Source: Candidatus Eiseniibacteriota bacterium (GTDB lineage Bacteria > Eisenbacteria > RBG-16-71-46 > CAIMUX01 > VGJL01). Taken from it: 64,000 bases of DNA. A program made the position numbers and the translations under genes. Within the stretch, counting starts at the first letter, position 1. Each line of letters opens with the position of its first letter. Below the pieces are notes generated by a model that was not told the DNA's origin, ran no database searches, and saw only the letters and a program-made list of their open reading frames with translations. The stretch is from contig JBHGAY010000007.1 in assembly GCA_041946735.1 (NCBI GenBank), positions 100,504 through 164,503 on the forward strand. The letters are read 5' to 3'. This document shows, one piece after another, positions 18,902 to 28,686 of this stretch.

Positions 18902-19603
18902 CGCTCCCGACCTCCTTGGCCGCCCGGTGGGCGGCCCCGACACTTACCGTCCCCGGAGTTGCCGTCCCGTGAGTGATCCGTGCAGGCGCCCGGCGTCCGG
19001 CAAGGGGGAACCGGAGACCGGCCTGGATCCGTTCCGCGCGAGCCCACCCGGCTCTCCCCACACCCGCCACTCCCGCCCCGTCACGATCTCGGAAGCTTCG
19101 AAGCGACGGCTCTGCCGGACGAGGGCGGAGACGGCCGGACGGACAGCGAGACGCGTAGTTCCAGGCAGTGGAAGACGGCACGGACGAGAAGAGGACCGAC
19201 AAGGGATCGAGGGAGATGCGGGAGATGCTCCGACGTCTTCCCATGCGGAAGCCGCTCGGATCTTCCGAGATACCCATCGCGCGCCCATGACACCCCCCCT
19301 CCCGGCATCTCTTAGTTTCAAGGCGTTGGGCCTCTTGTGACAAGAAGAATTTCTGGAGCGAGCGCGGCGGAGTTCGGCGGCTTGCGTCCCATGCGGAAGG
19401 GGCAAAGCGAGCCCGCCGAGCCGCGAGGACCGAGACCCCTCACCTCGCCTGATCGGCGCTCCGACGGCACCGAAAGGCGGAACCGTCTCCGCCCCATCGG
19501 TTCCGGGGGGCGAGAGAGTGATCCGGGTCACGGACGGGAGGGCCGTAGAGGCGGAAAACCGGCCCGTCCACGGAAGCCCGCCAGGGTCCGCGCGATCGCG
19601 TGC

Positions 19604-20410
19604 TCAGGGGTTCTCGGTCAGGACCTGGACCGGATCTCCCTTGCCCGCCCCGATCCGACGGTCGGCCCTGCCTCCGTGCACCGCGATCTCGAGCAGCTCG
19701 AGGCTGCTGAAGATCGCCAGCGCCTTGCCTCGCTCCACCTCCTCGTAGCTGCGGCTGATCCGGTCGATCGCCTTGCCGTTGACGATGACACGAAACCGCT
19801 TGCCCGCCGCCACCATCTCGAACACCTCCCGGGTGATGTTCGTGAGGATGTTGCCGAAGGAGTCGATGTGGATGACCTCGCCTGTGATCTGGTCCTGCCA
19901 AACCGACGGCTGAGGCGGATCTCGGCGCACCGGGTCGTCGACGACGGGACCGACCTCGCCGGGGTAGATGCCGCGGCACAGATGGGCCGCCACCGGAGCG
20001 AAGATGTCGCGCCCGTGAAAGGTGTCGCTGATCTGCGGCAGCATCAGCGAGGGATTGCGGATTTCGAGCACCTCGACCTGGGACTGCGCGGCGTAGATGC
20101 GGGAGAAGACTCCGTTGTCCGGTCCCACGAAGAGATGCGAGGGGGTGTCGATGACGATCGGACGCCGCCGGGTGCCGACCCCGGGATCCACGACGACGAG
20201 ATGCACGGTTCCCTCTGGGAAATACCGGTACGAGCTCTCGAGCACTAGCGAAGCTTCCATCAGATCCTGCGGCTGCACCTGGTGGGTCAGGTCGACGACG
20301 GTCGCCTTCGGATGGATGCGATAGATCACCCCCTTCATCGTCCCGACGTAGTTGTCGCGGGTACCGAAATCGGTGGCGATCGTGATGATCCCGCTCGGCG
20401 GATGGTTCAT
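19604..20410 (-). CDS. SAM hydroxide adenosyltransferase (DUF62, chlorinase/fluorinase family)
   Basis: TDFG..D.YVGTMKGVI, VVDPGVGTRRR, VGPDNG, TFHGRDIFAP, IDSFGN. Confidence 0.93.
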   Translation of the reverse strand: MNHPPSGIITIATDFGTRDNYVGTMKGVIYRIHPKATVVDLTHQVQPQDLMEASLVLESSYRYFPEGTVHLVVVDPGVGTRRRPIVIDTPSHLFVGPDNGVFSRIYAAQSQVEVLEIRNPSLMLPQISDTFHGRDIFAPVAAHLCRGIYPGEVGPVVDDPVRRDPPQPSVWQDQITGEVIHIDSFGNILTNITREVFEMVAAGKRFRVIVNGKAIDRISRSYEEVERGKALAIFSSLELLEIAVHGGRADRRIGAGKGDPVQVLTENP

Positions 20411-20430
20411 CGTTCCCCCTCGTCAGGCGT

Positions 20431-20766
20431 TTAGGCGGTCTCGTCGAAGATCCAGGCGAGATAGGCGGGCGATCCTCCTGCAACGTCGAGGACCAGGAAT
20501 TCCGGCAGCTCGTAGGGATGCGTCGCAAGGAGCCGCTCGCGCAGGGCGTCGAGATGCCGGGAGGAGGTCTTGATCCAGAGAGCGACTTCCGCCTCCTCCT
20601 CGAGGCTTCCCTTCCATCGGTAGAGCGACCGGACGTGCGGAACGAAGCTGACGCAGGCGGCGAGACGCCTCTCGAGAATCTCGCGCGCGAGCAGGCGCGC
20701 TCGCTCCACATCGCCCACCGTCGTCCAAACGACAGCGGCCCTCTCTTCTTCGATCCCCCTCGGCAT
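20431..20766 (-). CDS. cutA: Divalent-cation tolerance protein CutA
   Basis: RLAACV, SLYRWKG, HPYELPE. Confidence 0.93.
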   Translation of the reverse strand: MPRGIEEERAAVVWTTVGDVERARLLAREILERRLAACVSFVPHVRSLYRWKGSLEEEAEVALWIKTSSRHLDALRERLLATHPYELPEFLVLDVAGGSPAYLAWIFDETA

Positions 20767-20820
20767 CGTGCGGGCAGCGTAGGACGGCACGCGAGGCGGG
20801 TCAAGGCGGGTCAAGGCAGA

Positions 20821-22164
20821 TCAAGGAAGCGGACGCGCGCCCTCCAGCCAGCGCGACCAGCTCTCTCGCAGCGCCGGCGGGACCAGCGCCAGTCCCGGCT
20901 GGGCCGAGCTCCACGCGACGCTCCGATCCCCGTGGGGCAGACCGACCGCGAGCGTCTCGCTGTCCCCCCCGGCGAAGCGCAGCACGATCTGCAGCGGCCG
21001 CTCGAGATCCGAACGGGCCCCCGGCCGGAATCCTCCGGCTCGCAAGCGAAGCAGGTTCTGGAGCTGCGCGCGGAACCTCTCCTCGTCCGCCGGCTCCAGT
21101 GCCCCGCCAGCCGGGCTCCATCGCTCTCCCGTCCTCTCGAAGCGGCGCGTCCGGCCGTCCTCGGCGAGCTCGACGCCGGCAGGCGCCTCCCTCCGCTCCG
21201 GGATCAGCAGGTTCTCGCGAAGGCGGGCGGAGCCGTCGACCAGAGTGCGGAAGTTGTCGCTCGGCAGGAGGGCGACGACGTCGCGGCCGGATGGGATCAC
21301 GTACACGGAGCGTTGATCCGCGGTTGCGTGCCCGATGCGCACGAGGAACGGCCGGCCCGATTGATGGAGGGTCCATACCGCTCGGGGAGGATCGAGGCCG
21401 AGGCTCGGAAGGTCCTGCCTCTCGGAGGGACCGAGGAACGACGTGAGGCTCTCGGAGCGAAGCGCCTCGATCGCGCGCTCGAGTTCCGGGGCGGACGCGG
21501 CGGCGCGGACCGGCTCGACGATCGACCAGCTTTGCTTTCCCCTTCGCGCGATCTTCAGCATCTCTTCTCGCGTCTGCACGACGATCGAGTCGGGAGGGCC
21601 GATCGCGAGCGGCGCCGCGATCGGGCTCTGGATCTCTTTCCCCGGAGGGGCGAGGTAGCGCCGCGCGAGGAACGGATCGAGGACGGCGACCGACGGCGAG
21701 CCGGTCCGGATCGCGAACCGGCCTCCGCCCGCTGGAATGGAATCGCCGAGGTCGACGCGGTACGGCGGCCGGCCGTCGAACGAGACGATCAGGCGAGCCG
21801 ACGGCACGCGCAGGCCGAAGGGATCGCGGGTGGTGTCGGGCAGCGTGCGCAGCGGGCGGATCGTGGCGGCGACCTGCAGCGACTGCGCGAGGAAGGCGTC
21901 GTCCGCACGGTCCCGGTACGGCTCGACCATCCAGAAGCCGTCCGCCTCGCGGACGACGCGCGCGCGGAAGCCGCTCGCCGGCCGCTCGTAGACCACCTCG
22001 CGAACGCTCGCGAGGTCGAAGGCGGGCGCCCCCGTTGGGGGATTGCCGGCCGTGTCGGTCGGCGGGCGCGAGGAGGTGCGCAGCCATACCGCGACGAGGC
22101 CGGCGATCGCGAGCAGCAGGAAGATCTGCACGGGAGTCGGAAAGCGGCGCCGCACTCCGCTCAC
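20821..22164 (-). CDS. DUF4340-domain protein (tandem domains)
   Basis: N-terminal TM, repeated W-x2-EP-x3-A...FGL/LGL-x2-P...G units; typical partner of GldG-like ABC systems. Confidence 0.75.
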   Translation of the reverse strand: MSGVRRRFPTPVQIFLLLAIAGLVAVWLRTSSRPPTDTAGNPPTGAPAFDLASVREVVYERPASGFRARVVREADGFWMVEPYRDRADDAFLAQSLQVAATIRPLRTLPDTTRDPFGLRVPSARLIVSFDGRPPYRVDLGDSIPAGGGRFAIRTGSPSVAVLDPFLARRYLAPPGKEIQSPIAAPLAIGPPDSIVVQTREEMLKIARRGKQSWSIVEPVRAAASAPELERAIEALRSESLTSFLGPSERQDLPSLGLDPPRAVWTLHQSGRPFLVRIGHATADQRSVYVIPSGRDVVALLPSDNFRTLVDGSARLRENLLIPERREAPAGVELAEDGRTRRFERTGERWSPAGGALEPADEERFRAQLQNLLRLRAGGFRPGARSDLERPLQIVLRFAGGDSETLAVGLPHGDRSVAWSSAQPGLALVPPALRESWSRWLEGARPLP

Positions 22165-22204
22165 CGCCTCCCCGTCATCCACGCGGAAGGCGTCCGAAGG
22201 CGCA

Positions 22205-23734
22205 TCATCGCTTCCGCGTCCAGATCCAGAGTCCTGCGCCCAGCAGCGCGAGCGGCAGGACGAGCTGGAGCAAGTAGACGAGCGTCCGGATTCCGGTGAG
22301 CGAGATCCGCAGCGGGGTGCCGGTCACGTCGATCGGCGGGATCTTCAGGAGGAACTCCCGGCGCGCGAGCCAATGAACGGCGCGCAGCGCGAGGTCCCGG
22401 TTCGAGAACAGATCGAGGTACTGCCCGGTCAACCAGCCCGAATCGCCGACGACGAAGAGCCGGCCGTATGGCTTCTCTCGCGCGGTCGTTCCGGCGACCG
22501 GCTCCGCAGCCCCGGGCGTTTCCCATTCCTCGACGACGGCGAGCGGCTGAGCGCCTCGGGGGCCCTGCGCGGCCTCGCCTCGTGGAGCGACGAGCCGGGC
22601 GTCCGGCCCGGTCTGGAACAGGGTCGCTCCTTCGATCCCCCAGAGCCCTTCGCGAGAGAGATGGATCGCCCGCGCGCCGGGGAAGACGGTCCAGCCCATT
22701 CCCGCCGCAACGATCGGGTGATTCGCGTAGGTCGTCACGAGGAGGACGCGAGGTCCCATCCCCAGACCGCGAGTCGGCGCGCTCTCGTCCTCGACCTCCA
22801 GGCTGTCGAGTCCGATCCCGCGAGACGCGAGGGTGCCTTCTAGACCGATCGTCGTTCCCGGCTCGAGCGCGAGGAGCACCCGGCCGCCGCGATCGAGATA
22901 GGCGCCGATTCGCTCGACTTCGTTGGACAGAAGCGCACGCTGCGGGCCGACGATCGCCAGTGCGGCCGCTTCGTCCGGAATCGGCTGGTCGTAGAGGGTC
23001 GTCTCGACCGGCTCGTACCCAGCGTCCCGCAGGGTCTTCGCGAACCGCGCCAGCCCTCCGGGCGATCCATCGGTCAGCTTTGGCTCGCCGTGGCCGGTCG
23101 TGAAGGCGATCACTGTCCGCCGGGGATTCTCGACCCGGAGGATCGCCTCGGTGATGTCCGACTCGGTCAGCTCGTCCACTTCCTCCTGAACGGAGCCCGA
23201 GCGGACGAGGATCACGCCGGCCCGGGTGACGCCGAGACCGCGCGCTTCCTCGGGAGAGCGGTCGGGGTCGAGCATGCGGGTGCGAATCCGCGTCGAGGCG
23301 ACGCGATAGACCTCGAGCAGGTCGACCGCGCGCTCGCGGTCCGGGCTGGTCTCGCGGTAGACGCCGATCAGCTCGATCGGCGCCTCCGCCGCCCGCACGA
23401 TCTGCCGGCTCGCCTCGGAGAGACGGTTGAGCCCGCGGGCGGTCAGGTCGGCGCGCACCGGGACCCGCCCGAAGACGACCGACGCGAGGATGAGGACGAT
23501 CGCGGCGAGAAGCCAGGTGCTCGCCGGCCCCGGCTCCGCGGTCCGGCGCGCGCGCCCGAGCAGGAAGAGGATGTCGCCGCGCGCGCGGACGAGGAACAGG
23601 ACGAAGCTGCCGATCGCGCCCAGCAGCAGCAGGCGCGGAAGGTAGGCGCGGGGACCGGCGACCGACGCGAGCGCTCCGGCCAGCGCGGCCAGCAGGAGGG
23701 CGACCAGGAGCAGCGGCAGCAGCCGGCCGCTCAT
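22205..23734 (-). CDS. GldG-like ABC transporter auxiliary component
   Basis: RADLTARGLNRLSEAS, FTTGHGE, YLDRGGRVLLALEP, LFVVGDS, N.DL...VHWL; ATGA overlap at 23734. Confidence 0.85.
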   Translation of the reverse strand: MSGRLLPLLLVALLLAALAGALASVAGPRAYLPRLLLLGAIGSFVLFLVRARGDILFLLGRARRTAEPGPASTWLLAAIVLILASVVFGRVPVRADLTARGLNRLSEASRQIVRAAEAPIELIGVYRETSPDRERAVDLLEVYRVASTRIRTRMLDPDRSPEEARGLGVTRAGVILVRSGSVQEEVDELTESDITEAILRVENPRRTVIAFTTGHGEPKLTDGSPGGLARFAKTLRDAGYEPVETTLYDQPIPDEAAALAIVGPQRALLSNEVERIGAYLDRGGRVLLALEPGTTIGLEGTLASRGIGLDSLEVEDESAPTRGLGMGPRVLLVTTYANHPIVAAGMGWTVFPGARAIHLSREGLWGIEGATLFQTGPDARLVAPRGEAAQGPRGAQPLAVVEEWETPGAAEPVAGTTAREKPYGRLFVVGDSGWLTGQYLDLFSNRDLALRAVHWLARREFLLKIPPIDVTGTPLRISLTGIRTLVYLLQLVLPLALLGAGLWIWTRKR

Positions 23735-24528
23735 ACGCCCCTCCAACGGAGCAGATCGAGCGAGCGGAGGGTGAGGGCGAGGGCGAGGATCGTCCCGCCG
23801 AGGAAGAAGGCGACGTGGCGCAGGTCGATCACCCCCCGCGTGAAGTCCTCGAAGCGGGAGAGAACGGCGACGAACCCGAGAGCGCGCGCCATCGCGGGGC
23901 TCACCGCCTCGGCCACGCCGGGACCGAGGCCGAGGAGGAGGAATAGTCCGAGCGTCAAGACCCCCGCCTCGATCTGGCTCTGCGAGAGGGCCGAGATGAG
24001 CAGGCCGAAGGCGGTCATGAAGCAGCCAAGCAGGACGAGGCCGACGAGTCCCGCGAAGGCCGCCGCCCAGTCGGGCCGGCTCACCGCGCCGAGGATCGCG
24101 GCATGGACCGGGACGATGGCGAGGAGCGAGAGCATCGACAGCACTCCCCCGCCGAACTTCCCGAGCGTCAACTCGACGCCCCGCACCGGGAGCGAGAAGA
24201 GCAGCTCGAGGCTTCCGCCCCGGCGCTCCTCGGCGAAACTCCGCATGGTGAGGAGCGGGACGAAGAAGAGCAGGACCGAGCCGAGGTTGAAGAGATAGGG
24301 GCGCACCACCCAGTCGCTCACGTGGAGCCCGGCCGGCATGCCCGGTCGCGAACCGGCGGTCTGCGCCAGAGTGATCGCCGCCTGCCGCGTGCGGATCAGG
24401 AGCCCGACGAAGACCAGGCCGGCGATGAGGCAGAAGACGGAGAGGACGGTCCACCCGATCGGCGAGGCGAAGAAGCTCCGGATCTCGCGGATCGCGATGG
24501 CGCGCGCGCGCCGGTAGCTTTCCGTCAT
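23731..24528 (-). CDS. ABC-2 permease (GldF-like)
   Basis: REIRSFFASPIGW, PLLTMRSFAEERRGGSLELLFSLP, FTRGVIDL. Confidence 0.9.
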   Translation of the reverse strand: MTESYRRARAIAIREIRSFFASPIGWTVLSVFCLIAGLVFVGLLIRTRQAAITLAQTAGSRPGMPAGLHVSDWVVRPYLFNLGSVLLFFVPLLTMRSFAEERRGGSLELLFSLPVRGVELTLGKFGGGVLSMLSLLAIVPVHAAILGAVSRPDWAAAFAGLVGLVLLGCFMTAFGLLISALSQSQIEAGVLTLGLFLLLGLGPGVAEAVSPAMARALGFVAVLSRFEDFTRGVIDLRHVAFFLGGTILALALTLRSLDLLRWRGV

Positions 24529-25481
24529 TCCTCCTCCACCTCCCCGAGGGTCAAGCGGCGGAACACCTCCTCGAGCCCCACGCTTCCCGTCCGCCACTCC
24601 AGAAGCGCGGCTCCCTGCGAAAGCATTCGCGCGAGCGCCTCCCGTCCCTGCGCGGCGTTCCAGGCCGCCTCCACGCGCCAGACGCCGGCCGCCTCCGGCT
24701 CGACGCGCGCCCGCGGGTCGCCGGGGTCCGGTCGCTCCGTCGAACGCAGGCGCGCAATCACCCGCCCCCCCTCGCCGCGGTCGGTGAGACGGTCGGGCCG
24801 GTCCATGGCCACGAGCTTGCCGCGATGGATGATCATCACACGGTCGCAGACCTCGATCGCCTCCGGAAGGATGTGGGTCGAAAGCAGGATCGCGTGGTCG
24901 CGCCCCAGGCGGCGGAGGAGGCCGCGGAATTCACGGATCTGGTTCGGGTCGAGGCCTGCGGTCGGCTCGTCGAGGACGAGCAGCTCCGGATCGCCGAGGA
25001 GCGCCTGCGCCAGCCCGACCCGCTGGCGGAATCCTCGCGAGAGCGAGCGGGTCGGACGGTCCCAGACGGCTTCCAGATCGAGCCGCGCGCGCGCGCGCTC
25101 GAGAGCGTCGGCGAGCGCCGCGCCGGCTAGCCCTTTGAGGCTGCCGAGAAACCGGAGGTAGGAGACGACCGGCATCTCGCCGTAGAGCGGCATCTGCTCG
25201 GGCATGTAGCCGAGGCGGGCGCGGGCTTGCGGACCTTCGCGCAGGACATCGAACCCGGAGAGCAGGACCTGGCCGCTCGTCGGAACGAGGCTGCCGATCA
25301 GCATCCGCAGAGTCGTCGTCTTTCCCGCTCCGTTGGGACCGAGCAAGCCCACGACCTCTCCCCGCTCGACGCGGAAGGAGAGGTCGTCGACAGCGCGGAT
25401 CGATCCGAAGTTCCTCGTGAGATTGCGCGCTTCGACGGGAGCGGCCGGGGCCGGCGCGGCGGAGTCGACCGTTCGGCTCAC
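24525..25481 (-). CDS. ABC transporter ATP-binding protein (GldA-like)
   Basis: GPNGAGKTT, LSRGFRQRVGLAQAL, LDEPTAGLDP, STH; start approximate (GTG 25481). Confidence 0.92.
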   Translation of the reverse strand: MSRTVDSAAPAPAAPVEARNLTRNFGSIRAVDDLSFRVERGEVVGLLGPNGAGKTTTLRMLIGSLVPTSGQVLLSGFDVLREGPQARARLGYMPEQMPLYGEMPVVSYLRFLGSLKGLAGAALADALERARARLDLEAVWDRPTRSLSRGFRQRVGLAQALLGDPELLVLDEPTAGLDPNQIREFRGLLRRLGRDHAILLSTHILPEAIEVCDRVMIIHRGKLVAMDRPDRLTDRGEGGRVIARLRSTERPDPGDPRARVEPEAAGVWRVEAAWNAAQGREALARMLSQGAALLEWRTGSVGLEEVFRRLTLGEVEEE

Positions 25482-25621
25482 GTCCGCGTCTCGAACGAGC
25501 ACAAGCGCTTGCGGGTCATTCGCTCCCTTCCTAAACTCTACTTGTGTTTCAGGTCCGACCTTTCCGAGCCGATGTTTGTCTCGGGTCCCGTGCAGTCTAG
25601 AAGAGCCTTGTCGGGGGGGCA

Positions 25622-26959
25622 ATGAGGCACCAAGGTCGACGAATTCGCATCACGATTCTCCTCGCGGCCGGGCTCGCCCTGCCCATCGGCTTCACCGCGC
25701 CCGCACGCGCGCAGAAGGTCGAGACCTTCCCCTGCCCTTCGGAGATCGAACCTCTGGTCTCCTTCTGGGTCGAGATCTTCACGCTGCACGACAAGAACTG
25801 GACGATCCTGCACGACGAGGACGATCCGGGGATCCGCTACGAAACGCTCCACACCGAGGGAATGAGCGAGAGCGGACGGCGGGAGCTGATCAGCGACCGC
25901 CGCTCGCATTTCTCGAAAGTGCTCGAGGAGCTGGCGCTGAAGCCTGCGGCGCGATGGGAAGCGGAGGAGAAGCGGGTCGCCGCGCTCTTCCCCAAGGGGT
26001 CGGGGGCGAGCCGGTTCCTGAAGGCGGCCGGGTCGATCCGCTCGCAGCGCGGGATCCGCGATCAGTTCGTCGACGGGCTGGTCCGCTCGGGACGGTGGAA
26101 GCCGACGGTCGAGGCGATCCTCGCGAGCTACGGCATGCCCACCGAGCTGGCGGCGCTTCCCCACGTCGAGTCGTCCTACAACCCGGCGGCCCTCTCGAAG
26201 GCCGGCGCCGCCGGCGCCTGGCAGTTCACCACCGGGACAGGGCGGAAATACCTCCGGATCGACCGGTACGTCGACGAGCGGCGCGACATCTACATCGCGA
26301 CGCACGCCGCGGCGCGATACCTGAAGGAGGCGTACGAGAAGCTCGGCTCCTGGCCCCTCGCCGTCACCTCCTACAATCACGGGGTCGACGGAATGATGCG
26401 GGCGCGCCGGGAGCTGGGATCGCCCGACATCGTCCGACTGATCCGGGAATACGACGGTCCCTACTTCGGCTTCGCTTCGAAGAACTTCTACGCCGAGTTC
26501 CTCGCCGCCATCCGCGTGACCAAGGATCACGAGCTGTACTTCGGGAACCTGCAGCTCGACCCGCCCGAGGAGGTGCAGCGCTTCGTCCTTCCCGGCCCGG
26601 CCCGCTTTTCGTCGCTTGCGAAGGCGTTCGGAACGCCGTCCGTGGAGATGATCCAGCTGAATCCCGCGCTGACGAGCGACGTCCTCCGTGAGAAGGTTTC
26701 GCTTCCCGCCGGGATCGTCCTCAACGTGCCGGCCGGCCGGGTCAGCGATCCGGCGGCCGCCTACGCCTCGCTTCCGGACGCGGACCGCCGGGCATGGGGG
26801 GAGCCGACGCGCTACAAGGTCCGCGCAGGCGATACCCTCGGATCGATCGCCAGGAAGCATGGCGTCTCTGTGGCGGAGCTGCAGAAGGAGAACGAGCTGG
26901 GACGGTCGACGCGGATCCGCACCGGGCAGCGCTTGCGCATCCCGGTCACGCCGCGTTAG
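25622..26959 (+). CDS. Lytic transglycosylase (SLT) with C-terminal LysM, MltD-like
   Basis: LPHVESSYN (catalytic Glu), [33 protein letters not shown]. Confidence 0.92.
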   Translation: MRHQGRRIRITILLAAGLALPIGFTAPARAQKVETFPCPSEIEPLVSFWVEIFTLHDKNWTILHDEDDPGIRYETLHTEGMSESGRRELISDRRSHFSKVLEELALKPAARWEAEEKRVAALFPKGSGASRFLKAAGSIRSQRGIRDQFVDGLVRSGRWKPTVEAILASYGMPTELAALPHVESSYNPAALSKAGAAGAWQFTTGTGRKYLRIDRYVDERRDIYIATHAAARYLKEAYEKLGSWPLAVTSYNHGVDGMMRARRELGSPDIVRLIREYDGPYFGFASKNFYAEFLAAIRVTKDHELYFGNLQLDPPEEVQRFVLPGPARFSSLAKAFGTPSVEMIQLNPALTSDVLREKVSLPAGIVLNVPAGRVSDPAAAYASLPDADRRAWGEPTRYKVRAGDTLGSIARKHGVSVAELQKENELGRSTRIRTGQRLRIPVTPR

Positions 26960-27150
26960 CCCGGCCCCTTCGCCTCTCCAGACCTCTCTCGTCCCTCCAG
27001 CCCGTCTCTCGCCGCTCTCGCCCTCGGTCGGCAGGACTGCGCGCTCCGCCGCCCGATCGAACGCGGATCCCCCGGCTGCTTGACAGGGCCGCAGGGCATC
27101 GCGGATCCTCAGAACTTTCTTTCACCCGGCAGTCGCCGAAAGGAGGACGC

Positions 27151-28590
27151 GTGGCCGTCGAGGGCATCACCCCCAGAGCGGAGGACTTCTCGCGCTGGTA
27201 CCAGGACCTCATCCAGCGAGCCGAGCTGGCCGATCACTCCCCGGTTCGGGGCTGCATGGTCATCCGGCCCAACGGCTACGCGATCTGGGAGAAGATCCAG
27301 CGCGGCCTGGACGGGCTCATCAAGGAGACCGGCCACCAGAACGCCTACTTTCCGCTGCTGATCCCCGAGAGCTTCATCCACAAGGAGGCGGAGCACATCG
27401 AGGGGTTCTCGCCGGAGCTGGCGGTGGTCACGCACGCCGGGGGGGAGAAGCTCGAGGAGCCGCTCGTTCTGCGTCCGACGTCGGAGACGATCATCTACAG
27501 CATGTTCGCGAAGTGGGTGCAGTCGTATCGCGACCTTCCCCTCCTGATCAACCAGTGGGCGAACGTGATCCGATGGGAGATGCGCACCCGGCTGTTCCTG
27601 CGGACGACCGAGTTCCTCTGGCAGGAAGGGCACACCGCCCACGCCACCGAGGAGGAAGCGGAGGAGGAGACGCGACGCATGCTCGACGTCTACCGGACCT
27701 TCGCGGAGCAGTGGATGGCGCTGCCGGTCTACGCGGGCCGCAAGACCGACGCGGAAAAGTTCGCCGGGGCGCTACGGACCTACTCGATCGAGGCGATGAT
27801 GCAGGACGGCAAGGCGCTGCAGGCGGGAACCTCGCACAATCTCGGGCAGAACTTCGCGAAGAGCTTCGGCCTGCAGTACCAGACGGCCGACAACCGGATG
27901 GACTTCTGCTGGAACACCTCCTGGGGCGTCTCGACGCGTCTCGTCGGAGCGTTGATCATGGGCCACTCCGACGACAACGGGCTCGTCCTGCCACCGCGGC
28001 TCGCGCCGATCGAAGCGGTGATCGTCCCGATCTGGAAGAGCGAGGAGGAGAAGAGCGCGGTCGCCGAGTACGCCGCCTCCATCCAGGCGGGGCTCAAGGA
28101 TCACGGCTTCTCGGTGCGCACCGACCTGCGCGAGCAGTTCACGCCCGGCTGGAAGTACGCGGAGTGGGAGCTGAGGGGCGTGCCGGTCCGCATCGAGGCG
28201 GGGCCGCGCGACCTCGCGAAGCGCCAGGTCGTCCTCGTGCGGCGGGACAACCGGGCGAAGGAGTTCGTTCCGGTCGACGGGGTCGCCGAGGCTCTTCGCA
28301 CGATCCTCGCCCGCATGCAGCAGGATCTCTTCGACCGCGCGCTCGCCTTCCGCGACGAGCACACGCGCCCGATCGATCGGTTCGACGAGTTCCGCTCGTA
28401 CATGGAAGCGGACAGCGGCTTCGCCACCTCGCATTGGTGCGGCTCGCCCGACTGCGAGGCGCGCGTGAAAGAGGAGATGAAGGTCACGATCCGGACGGTG
28501 CCCGAAGGGGACTTCCTGCTCGAGGAAGGCGCGTGCATCGTCTGCGGAGCGAAGAGCGGCCGCCGCGTGATCTGGGCCAAGGCGTACTGA
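27151..28590 (+). CDS. proS: Proline--tRNA ligase (archaeal/eukaryote-like type)
   Basis: [42 protein letters not shown]-terminal Zn motifs and AKAY; RBS AGGAGG before GTG 27151. Confidence 0.97.
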   Translation: MAVEGITPRAEDFSRWYQDLIQRAELADHSPVRGCMVIRPNGYAIWEKIQRGLDGLIKETGHQNAYFPLLIPESFIHKEAEHIEGFSPELAVVTHAGGEKLEEPLVLRPTSETIIYSMFAKWVQSYRDLPLLINQWANVIRWEMRTRLFLRTTEFLWQEGHTAHATEEEAEEETRRMLDVYRTFAEQWMALPVYAGRKTDAEKFAGALRTYSIEAMMQDGKALQAGTSHNLGQNFAKSFGLQYQTADNRMDFCWNTSWGVSTRLVGALIMGHSDDNGLVLPPRLAPIEAVIVPIWKSEEEKSAVAEYAASIQAGLKDHGFSVRTDLREQFTPGWKYAEWELRGVPVRIEAGPRDLAKRQVVLVRRDNRAKEFVPVDGVAEALRTILARMQQDLFDRALAFRDEHTRPIDRFDEFRSYMEADSGFATSHWCGSPDCEARVKEEMKVTIRTVPEGDFLLEEGACIVCGAKSGRRVIWAKAY

Positions 28591-28608
28591 TATCTCGCAT
28601 CGACTCGC

Positions 28609-28641
28609 GGAGGCGCCGTCCCGGTAGGGGGTGGCGCCTCC
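28609..28641. terminator. GC hairpin between convergent genes
   Basis: GGAGGCGCC...GGCGCCTCC stem, no clear U-tract. Confidence 0.45.
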
Positions 28642-28686
28642 GGCATCGCTACGGCTCCTCCCGCCGCGCGCGTGATCGCGCTCGCG

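Noticed and set aside
18944..19600. Possible gene or ncRNA in the roughly 650-bp gap
   Set aside because: ORFs lack an RBS and coding-like composition, and I recognise no RNA motif; probably a promoter/leader region (a covariance-model scan would be needed)
19604..20410. Fluorinase/chlorinase implying halogenated natural products
   Set aside because: TFHGRD and VDPGVG..R match the hydrolytic DUF62 branch; no biosynthetic cluster nearby
20821..25481. Gliding-motility locus
   Set aside because: GldAFG-like ABC plus DUF4340 operons are widespread in non-gliders; no other gld/spr genes in the window
26960..27150. T-box or other leader element before proS
   Set aside because: No T-box consensus; only a plausible TTGACA promoter at 27080
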